Assembly: GCF_006345805.1 (NCBI RefSeq)
Contig: NC_043025.1
Span: 11,284,001 to 11,348,000, forward strand
Length of the DNA: 64,000 nt
Direction of reading: 5' to 3'
DNA from: Octopus sinensis
Lineage: Eukaryota
In this document: positions 22,853-35,643 of the stretch, one piece after another
Position numbering within the stretch: position 1 is the first letter of the stretch
How the letters are laid out: each line of letters opens with the position of its first letter
Made by a program: the position numbers and the translations under genes
Notes under the pieces: generated by a model
Databases searched by the model: none
What the model was told of the DNA's origin: nothing
The model's input: only the letters and a program-made list of their open reading frames with translations

Positions 22853-24232
22853 TCTATATATATAAAACTGTAGTTGTGTGAGTGTCTGTCCCCTTCGATT
22901 TAGATTCCTAACTCCTCCCACATTTTGCGGTGCAGTTTAACCAAATTCGGGTATCTTATAGTCGTGATTCATATCGAGCCCGTCTGACTATTAGCGCGCG
23001 TCAACGATGAGTCTACGATTTTAAAAATAATTTAACATCATTTTTTATTCCATTTTAATGCATAAAATGCATCGTGTGTCGATGGCGGCGGAGTTGGCGT
23101 CCACGCTCACAGCTACACCTGTTTGCTTCTCCCCCTTCCCTCCCTCGTGAAGCTGTGGGGAAGGGAGTGTAAAGAAATCAACGTCGTAATGCGTTGTGAA
23201 GGAAACCAGCGTTCTTTTAGAACAACGACTTCATGGCTTGAAGACACCAAAACAAAAATGGCTAAGAAAGCCCAAATTTATAAGGGAAGTAACTCTCTAA
23301 AAATGCTTATATAGTTATTTCCCTTACAAACCCGAGCAACGCCGGGCGATACTGCTAGTATATATATAAAACTCTAGTTGTGTGAGTGTCTGTCCCCTTC
23401 GATTTAGATTCCTAACTACCACCACATTTTGCGGTGCAGTTTAACCAAATTCGGGTATCTTATAGTCGTGATTCATATCGAGCCCTTCTGGGTATTAGCG
23501 CGCGTCTACGATTTTAAAAATAATTTAACATCTTTTTTTTATTCCATTTTAATGCATAATTTTTCGTGTGTCGATGGCGGCGGAGTTGGCGTCCATGGTG
23601 ACACCTGCACCTGTTTGCTTCTCCCCCTTCTTCCCTCCCTCGTGAAGCTGTGGGGAAGGGAGTATAAGGAAATCAATGTCGTAAAGCGTTGTCAAGGAGA
23701 CCAGCGTTCTTTTAGAACAACGACTTCATGGCTTGAAGACACCAAAACAGAAATGGCTAAGAAAGCTCGAATTGGCATCTATAAGGGAAGTAACTCTCTA
23801 AAAATGCTTATATAGTTATTTCCCTTACAAACCCGAGCAACGCCGGGCGATACTGCTAGTATATATATAAAAGTAAGGTTGTGTGTCTGTCTACTCCGAT
23901 TTAGATTCCTAACTACTCCCACATTTTGCGGTGCAGTTTAACCAAAACCGGGTATCTTATAGTCGTGATTCATATCGAGCCCTTCTGGGTATTAGCGCGC
24001 GTCTACGATTTTAAAAATAATTTACCATCACTTTTTTCCATTTTAATGCATTTTTTCGCTATTATATAAGGGAAGTAACTCTCTAAAAATGTCTACGATG
24101 AGTCAACGATTTAAAAAAGAATTTTACCATAATTTTTTTCCATTTTTAATGCATTTTTTGGCTATAATTCTCTAAAAATGCTTTATAGTTATTTCCCTTA
24201 CAAGCCCGAGCAACGCCGGGCGATACTGCTAG
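22853..24232 (+). mobile_element. Three head-to-tail non-autonomous Helitrons (22853-23358, 23360-23859, 23861-24232)
   Basis: Each unit starts TATATATAAAA...GTTGTGTG and ends CCCGAGCAACGCCGGGCGATACTGCTAG. Confidence 0.85.
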
Positions 24233-25138
24233 TATATATATATATATATATACACACACATAATATACACATATATATGCAGGTGGCACGTAAAAAGCAC
24301 CCACTACACTCACGGCGTGGTTGGCGTTAGGAAGGGCATCCAGCTGTAGAAACATTGCCAGATCAGACTGGGCCTGGTGCAGCCTTCTGGCTTCCCAGAC
24401 CCCAGTTGAACCGTCCAACCCATGCTAGCATGGAGGACGGACGTTAATTGATGATGATGATGATATACCCAAACACATGTTGTTGTCATGTTGTATACAA
24501 CATCATTTCCATAAAAAAATAAATATGGACTTCCTTTCATAGATTACTTACAGTATTTTGGTTGTAGACTGGGATTCATTGAGGGGGTAAGCCTGTTCTT
24601 TCAGCAAATTCTTTGCAACATTTCATCATCATCATCATCATCGTTGTCGTTAAGGGTTCATCTTCCATGCATGCATGGGTTGGATGGTTCACAAGAGTTG
24701 GACAGGTAGAAAAACTACCCTAGGCTACTGAGTCTGTTTTGGCAGGGTTTTTATGACTGGGTACCCTTCCTAACATCGACTGCTCTGCAGAGTGGATGGA
24801 GGCGCAATGGCCCAGTGGTTAGGGCAGCGGACTCGCGGTCGTAGGATCGCGGTTTCGATTCCCAGACCGGGCGTTGTGAGTGTTTATTGAGCGAAAACAC
24901 CTAAAGCTGTTATTTCCCATTTGCTGAACCCTAGAAACCATGAAAAAAGGGCTAATAATTCCATGTAACTTTGCTTTTGTTACATTTATTCAAACCCCAA
25001 AGAATCTCTCTCAACACATGGCTGTGATGCTCCCTCACTACCCTTGCTCATCATCAAAAATGCACATATTTTCAGCCACTAAGGTCTAGCAACTGGCTAG
25101 CAAATCCGTGATGTTGAGATAATGATATTTCTGCTTCA

Positions 25139-25520
25139 GTGGAGGCGCAATGGCCCAGTGGTTAGGGCAGCGGACTCACGGTCGTAGGATCGCGGTTTCG
25201 ATTCCCAGACCGGGCGTTGTGAGTGTTTATTGAGCGAAAACACCTAAAGTTCCACAAGCTCCGGCAGGGGATGGTGGTGATCCCTGCTGTACTCTTTCAC
25301 AACAACTTTCTCTCACTTTTACTTCCTGTTTCTGTTGTACCTGTATTTCAAAGGGCCGGCTTTGTCACTCTCTGTGTCACGCTGAATATCCCCGAGAACT
25401 ACGTTAAGGGTACACGTGTCTGTGGAGTGCTCAGCCACTTACACGTTCATTTCACGAGCAGGCTGTTCCGTTGATTCGGATCAACCGGAACCCTCGTCGT
25501 CGTAACCGACGGAGTGCCTC
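25139..25520 (+). mobile_element. tRNA(Arg)-like SINE family B (representative)
   Basis: Head GGCGCAATGGCCCAGTGGTTAGGGCAGCGGACTC(A/G)CGG..GGTTTCGATTCCC with a shared ~300-bp body. Copies near 6007, 6787, 24797, 27315(-), 32105, 35425(-) and 50958. Confidence 0.88.
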
Positions 25521-26087
25521 CATCCAGAGTGGATTCAGTGCTTTTTACACGGCACTAGCACAGGTGAGGTTAGTTTTGGCATGATTTTTACAGCTGGATG
25601 CCCTTCCAAATGCCGACCACTTAGTAGCGAGGACTGGATGCTTTGCTTTTTACGTGGCACCAGCACTAACAGGGTCATACATACACACACACACACACAC
25701 ACATACATACATGCATGGGGGAGATGGCACAAATCAATCCGTAGCTTATGTTCCAAGAGATTAACTATGCCGTCATAATCCGTTAACCGAGTGCTCACTC
25801 ATAATCCTGCATCACCTTTAATTCTTTATTAACCGTCAAAACAGCCAACCTTGTTTCAGAGATGATCCCTGTCAATTCCGATAAAGTTTCTGTCTCAGGT
25901 TTGACACCAACAGATAAAGGACGATAATTCAAAGAGAAAGAATAAGTTTGTTTGTAGTTATCTCCCCCTACATCATTCTCTATTCATATAGAGATATACA
26001 ATAAGAGGCTTCCAAATAGGAAACCGTTGTGCTAGAAAGAGCAGTAGAAATGAAAATTAAAAACGTTTACCATCTGGTAATAATAAT

Positions 26088-26925
26088 GGCAATATTTCGT
26101 CTCTAGTAGACCTTTCCGTAGATTTCCGTAAAATTTTTTTTTTTTTTACATATGGGCTTGCGGGAACTTTTGAAGTAATGAGAGCGAAAGAGACTAAGTG
26201 AAAGCGATTGTATGACGAGGGAAGTTCTTTTGAAGTTACCGTGCATGTGAAGCATTGATGTACATGTGTGTGTGTGTTTGATGGGGTGTGGGAGACAGAC
26301 AGTATGTTGTGTAAGTGAAGTGCTTCTGTTAGTGTGTGTGAAGAGACAGAGTAATGTGTGAAAGAAAGAGATAACTGAAATTTTTTACTCGGTGTATGTG
26401 TATTCTCTTTTCTCTTTCTCTTTTCTCTTTTACTTGTTTCAGTCATTTGACTGCGGCCATGCTGGAGCACCGCCTTTAGTCGAGCAACTCGACCCCGGGA
26501 CTTATTCTTTGTAAGCCCAGTACTTATTCTATCGGTCTCTTTTGCCGAACCGCTAAGTGACGGGGACGTAAACACACCAGCATCGGTTGTCAAGCAATGC
26601 TAGGGGGACAAACACAGACACACAAACACACACATACATATATATATACATATATACGACAGGCTTCTTTCAGTTTCCGTCTACCAAATCCACTCACAAG
26701 GCATTGGTCGGCCCGGGGCTATAGCAGCAGACACTTGGCCAAGATGCCACGCAGTGGGACTGAACCCGGAACCATGTGGTTGGTTAGCAAGCTACGTACC
26801 ACACAGCCACTCCTGCGCCTGTATATGTATATTACTTCAAAAGTTCCCGCAAGCCCATATGTAAAAAAAAAAAAAATTTTTTTACGGAAATCGACGGAAA
26901 GGTCTACTAGAGACGAAAGATCGCC
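26088..26925. mobile_element. Long-TIR MITE copy 1 with nested SINE
   Basis: ~90-bp TIR GGC(G/A)AT..TTCGTCTCTAGTAGACCTTTCC... and flanking ATAATAAT duplication. Confidence 0.8.
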
Positions 26926-27219
26926 ATAATAATTTATTATTAGCCTATGTATTATGTTTAAATATCCTTTTATCGTTGTAATAGTTTTTTTTATATCCAT
27001 TGATTTCGAGAAAACTGAAAAATACTCAGCTTCTACGTCTACGACAACGACAATTACAAGGCATCGATGATAGGACCTCAGCGTGGTCACCCATATGCTA
27101 AAAATAACAGTTAAAGTTCATTCATTTCAAAGAAATGACTTTGGTCCCTTCAAAAGATACAAAGTTTTGAATTTTTTTTTTTTTTTTTACTTAAAGATTC
27201 AGAACGGTATTGGCTAACG

Positions 27220-27988
27220 GGCGATCTTTCGTCTCTAGTAGACCTTTCCCTCGATTTCCGTAAAAAAATATTTTTCTTTTACATATGGGCTTACGGGAAC
27301 TTTTGAAGTAATATTTTAAAAGACTCCGCCGGTTACGACGACGAGGGTCCCAGCTGATACGATCAACGGAACAGCTTGCTCGTGAAATTAACATGCAAGT
27401 GGCTGAGCATTCCACAGACACGTGTACCCTTAACGTAGTTCTCGGGGATAATCAGCGTGACACAGAGAGTGACAAGGCTGACCCTTTGAAATACAAGTAC
27501 AACTCATTTTTGCCAGCTGAGTGGACTGGAGCAACGTGAAATAAAGTGTCTTGCTCAAGGACACAACGCGTCGCCGGGAATCGAACTCACAACCTTACGA
27601 TCATGAGCCGAATGCCCTAACCACTAAGCCACGCGCCCTCACATGAAGTAATATACATACATATACACATACACCGAGTAAAAAATTTCAGTTATCTCTC
27701 TCTTTCACACATTACTCTGTCTCTTCACACACACTAACAGAAGCACTTCACTTACACAACATACTGTCTGTCTCCCACACCCCACCAAACACACACACAC
27801 ACACACATGTACATCAATGCTTCACATGCACGGTAACTTCAAAAGAACTTCCCTCGTCATAAAATGGCTTTCTCTTAGTCTCTTTCGCTCTCATTAATTC
27901 AAAAGTTCCCGCAAGCCCATACGTAAAAAAAAAAAAAAAAATTCCTACGGAAATCGACCGAAAGGTCTACTAGAGACGAAAGATTGCC
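27220..27988. mobile_element. Long-TIR MITE copy 2 with nested SINE (11-bp TSD TGAAGTAATAT)
   Basis: Same TIRs. The SINE at 27315-27643 is flanked by TGAAGTAATAT at 27304 and 27644. Confidence 0.8.
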
Positions 27989-28454
27989 GACGATGCCAGA
28001 AAAAGAAGAAGGAAATATAGTTTGAAGTGGAAAGATCCCTGTCCGTCTCTCTCTCTCTCTTTCCCATCATTCCACCTTTATTTCTTCCCCTCCTCTACCA
28101 CCCTTACACTCACAGTTATACGAGCAACAACCGAAGTTTGAGTCGAAAACATCCGGAAACAACCGACGCTTTTCCCGCCTTTTCCCTTCTCAGCAGACGA
28201 CATCCTTCCAAAGAGACAGACGTCCATTTGATCTGTTCTAAGTCTTGTATATCTGCGTCATTCTTTACACAATCTTTCCTGTATTCTACACTTTAAAGGT
28301 AAAACTACATTATTAATTTCAATGAAAAATAACCAACTAAATCACTTAATTTCCTACGTTTGCTTCAAACTTTGAATTTGCTTGGGAAAGTATTTTTTTC
28401 TTCATTTTACGGTTAACTTGTTGAAATAATGGAAAGGGCGACGTTACGGTACAA

Positions 28455-29210
28455 GTACCTATTTCTTTACTACCCACAAGGGGCTAAACATAGAGAGGAC
28501 AAACAAGGACAGACATAGGTATTAAGTCGATTATATCGACCCCAGTGCGAAACTGGTACTTATTTAATTGACCCCGAAAGGATGAAAGGCAAAGTCGACC
28601 TCGGCGGAATTTGAACTCAGAACGTAGGGCAGACGAAATACCTATTTCTTTACTACCACAAGGGGCTAAACATAGAGGGGACAAACATAGGTATTAAGTC
28701 GATTATATGGGCCCCAGTGCGTCACTGGTACTTAATTTATCGACCCCGAAAGGATGAAAGGCAAAGTCGACCTCGGCGGAATTTGAACTCAGAACGTAAC
28801 GGCAGACGAAATACCTATTTCTTTACTACCCACAAGGGGCTAAACATAGAGGGGACAAACATAGGTATTAAGTCGATTATATGGGCCCCAGTGCGTCACT
28901 GGTACTTAATTTATCGACCCCGAAAGGATGAAAGGCAAAGTCGACCTCGGCGGAATTTGAACTCAGAACGTAGCGGCAGACGAAATACCTATTTCTTTAC
29001 TACCCACAAGGGGCTAAACATAGAGGGGACAAACATAGGTATTAAGTCGATTATATGGGCCCCAGTGCGTCACTGGTACTTAATTTATCGACCCCGAAAG
29101 GATGAAAGGCAAAGTCGACCTCGGCGGAATTTGAACTCGGAACGTAGCGGCAGACGAAATACCGCTAGGCGTTTCGCCTGGCGTGCTAACGTTTCTGCCA
29201 GCTCGCCGCA
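28455..29210 (-). mobile_element. Tandem array of SINE family C (probable Meta-domain SINE)
   Basis: Four ~180-bp units containing the reverse complement of GCCGAGGTCGACTTTGCCTTTCATCCTTTCGGGGTCGATAAATTAAGTACCAG. Other copies near 31475, 37000-37405, 43325, 49072, 56412 and 59160-59700. Confidence 0.8.
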
Positions 29211-29399
29211 GAAAAGTGGGGTTTTTTTTACATATGGGGGGAGGTTATGGTTTGTGTTAGGGGTGGGAGAAAAGGGTTTCTGTTATCTTCAGAAATGTAA
29301 ACAAAGTCACGTGTGTATCTACACCGAAGCATCGCCACGTACCCTAACCCCCCATATATATATATATATATAAAAAAAACCTTTTTTTAAATGTATCTG

Positions 29400-29415
29400 G
29401 TACTTCCGGAAGTAC
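29400..29415. promoter_or_regulatory. 16-bp perfect palindrome GTACTTCCGGAAGTAC (double ETS-like core)
   Basis: The palindrome is read directly. A promoter role is inferred. Confidence 0.4.
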
Positions 29416-29548
29416 ACCGGTACTTATACCGTAACATCGCCAATAATTATAATAATATTTAATAATAATAATAATAATAGTAATAATCGTTGAAGATTTT
29501 CCTTTTTTTATATAACTGTTTCCTTGCTTGTTACACTACTTCACATGG

Positions 29549-29961
29549 GGCGATCTTTCGTCTCTAGTAGACCTTTCCGTCGATTTCCGTAAAAAAAATT
29601 TTTTTTTTTTTACATATGGGCTTGCGGGAACTTTTGAAGTAATATACATACATATACACATACACCGAGTAAAAAATTTCAGTTATCTCTTTCTTTCACA
29701 CATTACTCTGTCTCTTCACACACACTAACAGAAGCACTTCACTTACACAACATACTGTCTGTCTCCCACACCCCACCAAACACACACACATGTACATCAA
29801 TGCTTCGGTAACTTCAAAAGAACTTCCCTCGTCATACAATCGCTTTCTCTTAGTCTCTTTCGCTCTCATTGCTTCAAAAGTTCCCGCAAGCCCATATGTA
29901 AAAAAAAAAAAAAAATTTTACGGAAATCGACGGAAAGGTCTACTAGAGACGAAAGATTGCC
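29549..29961. mobile_element. Long-TIR MITE copy 3 (uninterrupted, ~413 bp)
   Basis: Same TIRs, flanked by a direct repeat (C)TTCACATG(G) of 8-10 bp. Confidence 0.85.
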
Positions 29962-30139
29962 CTTCACATGGCTTTATTTATTAAAACTTCTGTCATTGAA
30001 CGTTTTATCGTCATAATGTTGTCACCAAGTACAGAAAACAAGCTTCCAAAACCTGTTTTCTGATCAGGTAAAAATAATCAAACTTTAACCCTCTGTAACA
30101 TTTTAATGCCACAGTCGAACCAATTCTACTCTATGGCTC

Positions 30140-30532
30140 AGAAACCTGGACGTTATCAAAGAAGCTTGAGAGGTGGTTGGATGGAACCTACACTCGCCTC
30201 CTTATGAGAGCTCAAAATCTCTCGTGGAAGCATCATCCAACCAAAATGCAAATATATGGGAAACTACCACCTGTATCATCTCCTGTGAAAGGTAGGAGAG
30301 TCCAGTTTGCTGGACATTGTTGTAGAGCTGAAAAAGAAGTAATTTCTACTCTTCTCCTCTGGAAGCCATCTACTCGCAATACCAGAGGGCGCACACTCTC
30401 CTACCCTGATGTAATCTCCAGGCATCCAGTAACAGGACCTCCGTAATGCTATGATGGACCGTGAAGTCTGGTGTAACATAGTAAATTCCATTGTCTCGAC
30501 CACGGTCGAACAATGATGAATGATGATGATGA
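30140..30532 (+). mobile_element. RTE/RTEX-like LINE 3' fragment
   Basis: DGTYTRLLMRAQNLSWKHH...YGKLPPVS...RRVQFAGHCCR...LLLWKP and an (ATG)n tail. Confidence 0.8.
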
Positions 30533-30605
30533 ACATTTTAATAAAATCTTCCAAGAAGTGAATAACATCAGATTCCAGCGCAAAAAATTAAATTACGTCA
30601 ATATA

Positions 30606-31012
30606 TGGATCTTTTCGGTTTGAACGGCAGTTTTTAACATAATTTCCACGTAACTAAAAAATTTTAAACTTCGTATACTGGTAGAATGTGTTTATAAAAC
30701 ATCTTTTTCTCTTCGCTTCATTGGGAAAATTCTATAGTTTGTAGGATATTTGTTGTTTTCTTTCTTCAATTTCAACCAATCAATGACGTCTATTGAGGTA
30801 AAAAACACATTCTGTGCTGTATGAATATGTCCCTCGTTTAAGAAACAGATTGGGTTTATTTACATTTGTGAAGAAAAAAATATACCCTTCCCCCAACCCC
30901 TAACCCTAAAAGAGATTGAAATGCAATAGATCGATTCTAGGGCCATAATTATGGGTGACAATTTCATATGACACCGCTAGAAAAAAACTGCCGTTCAAAC
31001 CGAAAAGATCCA
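30606..31012. mobile_element. MITE with 30-bp TIR TGGATCTTTTCGGTTTGAACGGCAGTTTTT
   Basis: Perfect inverted match at both ends. A truncated relative lies at ~53578-53905. Confidence 0.75.
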
Positions 31013-31014
31013 AG

Positions 31015-31260
31015 CGCCGATGTGCATTTATCGCTGGAGACGGTTGGCAGAGGACGAAGACGCATGAGCCGCTTTTTGCGTTTCCGACGTCTGATCTCTG
31101 CCTCTCTTGCTTTCCATCTGATCCATTCACTTGAGGATCACATGCCGCCGCTTTGGGCTGTCCTTGGCGATTGCCTCCCAGGTATTTGGGTCAATGGAAC
31201 AGCGGAGGAATGTGCTCTTGAGCTGCTCTCGGAAACGGAAATTTATGTCAAATTCTTCAA
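31015..31260 (-). mobile_element. RTE-like LINE 3' remnant
   Basis: RFREQLKSTFLRCSIDPNTWEAIAKD. Confidence 0.6.
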
Positions 31261-32700
31261 AGAGGAATCGATGAGGGAGGCATATGTACGATGTACCCCG
31301 ACGAGCGGACGTAGTGTCCTTTTGACTGTGGCCATGCTGGAGCACCACCTTTAGTCGAGCAAATCGACCCAAGGAAAATATTCTTTGTGAACCTAGTACT
31401 TATTCTACTGGTCTCTTTTGCCGAACTGCTAAGTTATGAGGACGTAAAGACACCGGCATCGGTTGTGAAGCGGCGAGCTGGCAGAGACGTTAGCATGCCG
31501 GGCGAAATGCTTAGCGGTATTTCGTCTGCGTTACGTTGTGAGTTCAAATTCCGCCGAGGTCGACTTTGCCTTTCATCCTTTCGGGGTCGATAAATTAAGT
31601 ACCAGTTACGCACTGGGGTCGATGTAATCGACTTAATACCTATGTCTGTCCTTGTTTGTCCCCTCTATGTTTAGCCCCTTGTGGGTAATAAAGAAATAGG
31701 TTGTGAAGCGATGTTGGACACACACACACACACACACATACTTATTAGGTTGTGCTGAAAGTTTGTGCACACAGAAAAAAAAAACGAGATGGTCACAGGT
31801 GGAATGTCTTTGATGATAGGTCTGTTCTCTCAGGCTGAGTTGGGTTTAAGGAGGGGTTTTTATATGGTTGTTTGATCTGATAGAAACAGAAGTCAAACCT
31901 CCTTCAAATCACATTTTACTATATTAAAAAAAAGGGTAACATTTTAGATGATGTGGTCCTAGGATTCACTGCAATTTGAAAAAAAACACAGGATGGTCAC
32001 ATTTGGAATGCTTTGATCATAAATCCACTCTATCATGTTGACCTGGGGCTGAACAACAACAAAGTAGACTCTACATGGTTGCTTCATGAGCTAGAAACAG
32101 TAGCGTGGAGGCACAATGGCCCAGTGGTTAGGGCAGCAGACTCGTGGTTTCGATTCCCAGACCGGGCGTTGTGAGTGTTTATTGAGTGAAAACACCTAAA
32201 GCTCCACGAGGCTCCGGCAGGGGATGGTGGTGATCCCTGCTGTACTCTTTCACCACAACTTTCTCTCACTCTTACTTCCTGTTTCTGTTGTACCTGTATT
32301 TCAAAGGGCCGGCCTTGTCACTCTCTGTGTCACGCTGAATATCCCCGAGAACTACGTTAAGGGTACACGTGTCTGTGGAGTGCTCAGCCACTTACACGTT
32401 AATTTCATGATCAACCGGAACCCTCATCGTCATAACCGATGGAGTGCTTCCGGAAACAGTAGCTAAATCTCCTGCAACTCAAACCATACCATATTGGATA
32501 AGTAGGTCCAGGCTTCACTGCATACAGAAAGAAATTGGGATGGTCATGGTTGGAAGAATTTTGATCATAGACTTGTTGGATCAGACCTAACATGGTAAGA
32601 AACAGCAACATCGTCTCATTTCATGACACTGAGAAAGCTACAACATAGTCCTTGTATCTGCTAGAAATAGCAGTTAATGTAGCTTTCATATCATACTATA

Positions 32701-34060
32701 TCATCACCGTCGTTTAACATCCATTTTCCATGCTAGCATGGGTTGGACGGTTCCACCGGGGTCTGGGAATCCAGGAGGCTGCACCAGGCTCCAGTCTGAT
32801 CTGGCAATGTTTCTACAGCTGGATGCCCTTCCTAACGCCAACCACTCCGTGAGTGTAGTGGGTGCTTTTTACCTTACCACCTCCTCCTCCTCATCATCAT
32901 CGGTTAACGTCCGTTTTCCATGCTAGCATGGGTTGGACGGTTCAACCAGGGTCTGGGAATCCAGGAGGCTGCACCAGGCTCCAGTCTGATCTGGCAGTGT
33001 TTCTACAGCTGGATGCCCTTCCTAACGCCAACCACTCCGAGAGTGTAGTGGGTGCTTTTTACCTTACTACCTCCTCCTCCTCCTCCTCATCATCATCATC
33101 GTTTAACCCTTTAGTGTTCAGATTATTCTGTCAAATGTGATGTTTGTTTATTTAAAATGGTTTGAATTAATCCTGCATTATCTTGTAATTTAGAGATTTC
33201 AATGATGTAATTTTTTAGTTTTAGAATGACATGGTAGGGCTGAGGTGAGAGGCGACAGCTGGTCAGTTTCAATATAAAACAGGTCAAATATTTTGGCCAG
33301 ATATGGCCGGTTTGAATGCTAAAGGGTTAACGTCCGTTTTCTATGCTAGCATGGGTTGGACGGTTCCACCGGGGTCTGGGAAGCCAGGAGGCTTCACCAG
33401 GCTCCAGTCTGATCTGGCAGTGTTTCTACAGCTGGATGCCCTTCCTAACGCCAACCACTCCATGAGTGTAGTGGGTGCTTTTTACCTTACTACCTCCTCC
33501 TCCTCCTCCTCCTCATCATCATCGTTTAACGTCCGTTTTTCCATGCTAGCATGGGTTGGACGGTTCCACCAGGGTCTGGGAATCCAAGAGGCTGCACCAG
33601 GCTCCAGTCTGATCTGGCAGTGTTTCTACAGCTGGATGCCCTTCCTAACGCCAACCACTCCGTGAGTGTAGTGGGTGCTTTTTACCTTACTACCTCCTCC
33701 TCATCATCATCATCGTTTAACGTCCGTTTTCCATGCTAGCATGGGTTGGACGGTTCCACCAGGGTCTGGGAAGCCAGGAGGCTGCACCAGGCTCCAATCT
33801 GATCTGGCAGTGTTTCTACAGCTGGATGCCCTTCCTAACGCCAACCACTCCGTGAGTGTAGTGGGTGCTTTTTACCTTACTACCTCCTCCTCATCATCAT
33901 CATCGTTTAACGTCCGTTTTCCATGCTAGCATGGGTTGGACGGTTCCACCAGGGTCTGGGAAGCCAGGCTCCAATCTGATCTGGCAGTGTTTCTACAGCT
34001 GGATGCCCTTCCTAACGCCAAATACTCCATGAGTGTAGTGGGTGCTTTTTACGTGCCACC
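32701..34060 (-). repeat. Six tandem ~190-bp copies of the family D 3' end
   Basis: Units are separated by ACCTTAC(T/C)AC(CTC)n(CAT)n. A MITE is inserted at the TTAA of the third unit. Confidence 0.85.
33107..33326. mobile_element. piggyBac-like MITE
   Basis: TTAA|CCCTTTAG...CTAAAGGG|TTAA. Confidence 0.85.
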
Positions 34061-35065
34061 GGCACAGGGGCCAGAGGAGACGGGCAAATGGCCACCATCG
34101 GTTGGTGTTTTTACGTGTCACTGACATGGACACCACTCAGGCGGCACTGGAATCTGCCACGTTTGGACGGTGCTCTTTATGTGCCACTGGCACAGGTGTC
34201 TTAACTACATTTTCCATTTAATTTTTTTTTTTTTTGGATGTTGGTGTTGACAACAGAGCACGTTAAATTATGTAGTCTTAGATATACTGTTCCTCAGTAA
34301 ATACAGACAGGGTGGAAGGTCTTGCCTGATGCCTCTTTGATCATGGGTCTCCTTATAGAAGCTTGGCCTAGGGTTAAATGGTAACAACATATTGGATAAG
34401 TAGGTCCAGGCTTCACTGCATACAGAAAGAAAAAATGGGATGGTCATGGTTGGAAGAATTTTGATCATAGACTTGCTAAATCAGACCTAACAGGGTAATA
34501 AACAGCAACATCACCTGTCTCATTTAATGACACTGAGAAAGCCATAACATGGTCCTTGTATCTGCTAGAAATAGCAGTTAATGTAGCTTTCATATCATGT
34601 TATATCATATTTAAAAAAAACAGAACACATTAAATTATGTAGTCTTAGGTATACCGTTCCTTGGTAAATACCGACAGGGTGGATGGTCTTGCCTGATGCC
34701 TCTTTGATCATGGGTCTCCTTATATGTGCTTGGCCTAGGGTTAAATGGTAACAGTAGCAGTATGAAATAAAGATACACAAGAAAGTATGTAGGGACAGGA
34801 GGAAGGAGAGAAGAGGAAGGAGAGAGAGAGAGAGAGAGGGCAAGAGAGAAAGAGAGAGAACCCTTATGAAGTCAATTGAAGTTGATCTGCTAGAAATTAT
34901 AGCAAATCTCCCTCAATTCACACACTATGGGCTTTAATTAAAAAAAAAAAAGGACCCATGTTTGGAAAAAAAAATAAATGGGATTGTGACATTAGGGGCA
35001 GACTAATAACAACAACAACAACGGCACAGGTATAAATAAATGTATACATCAGTCAATCATATATA

Positions 35066-35096
<31 letters not shown>

Positions 35097-35598
35097 CATT
35101 GTAGGTTTTATACACAAATATATACAGTTTAGCAAAAGTACATGCAATTGTGAACAATAATGTAATATGTACAATGTGTGTGTGTGTGTATACACACACA
35201 CAAACATATATATATACACACACATTCATACATACACAAATATATATATATATTGCATATATATATATATTATATAATATATATTGCATATATAATATAT
35301 ATATATATAATATATATTGCATATATAATATATATATATATATATAATACATATTATATATAAAACATATCTCTTTTACTTGTTTCAGTCATTTGACTGC
35401 GGCCATGCTGGAGCACCGCCTTTAGGGTGAAAGAGTACAGCAGGGTTCGCCACCATCCCCTGCCGGAGACTTGTGGAGCTTTTAGGTATTTTCGCTCAAT
35501 AAACACACACAACGCCCGGTCTGGGAATCGAACCCGCAATCCAATGACCGCAAGTTTGCTGCCCTAACCACTGGGCCATTGCGCCTCCATATATATAT

Positions 35599-35643
<45 letters not shown>

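Larger units (their letters stand above)
25800..29400 (-). ncRNA. Candidate spliced lncRNA or micro-peptide transcript (exons ~29343-29395, 28114-28290, 27026/27058-27097, ~25805-26031)
   Basis: Non-repeat islands bounded by minus-strand splice signals (AGG|gtacgt, ttttacctttaaag|, ACT|gtgagt, ttatttttag|, ctctttctag|). AATAAA at 25829-25824. Palindromic ETS site at 29400-29415. No long ORF. Confidence 0.35.

Noticed and set aside
24797-24870. tRNA-Arg-like sequence (and the similar heads of SINE families A and B)
   Set aside because: The acceptor stem does not close and every copy runs into a shared SINE body, so these are SINE heads rather than tRNA genes.
25790-25980. Open minus-strand frame ENDVGGDNYKQTYSFSLNYRPLSVGVKPETETL... 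with vague Ig-like or kinetochore-protein resemblance
   Set aside because: No start codon, and the strong acceptor at 26031 leads to stops before this frame. The resemblance is too weak to call.
28295-28304. Plus-strand donor AAG|gtaaaa as a far-upstream LRWD1 first exon, which would nest BRF1 in an intron
   Set aside because: A nearer donor at 40979 explains the 41773 acceptor, and the island fits a minus-strand exon better. Not fully excluded without cDNA.
32701-34060. Regularly spaced repeats resembling a CRISPR array
   Set aside because: The whole ~190-bp unit repeats and there are no unique spacers. Eukaryotic TE-derived tandem array with no cas genes.
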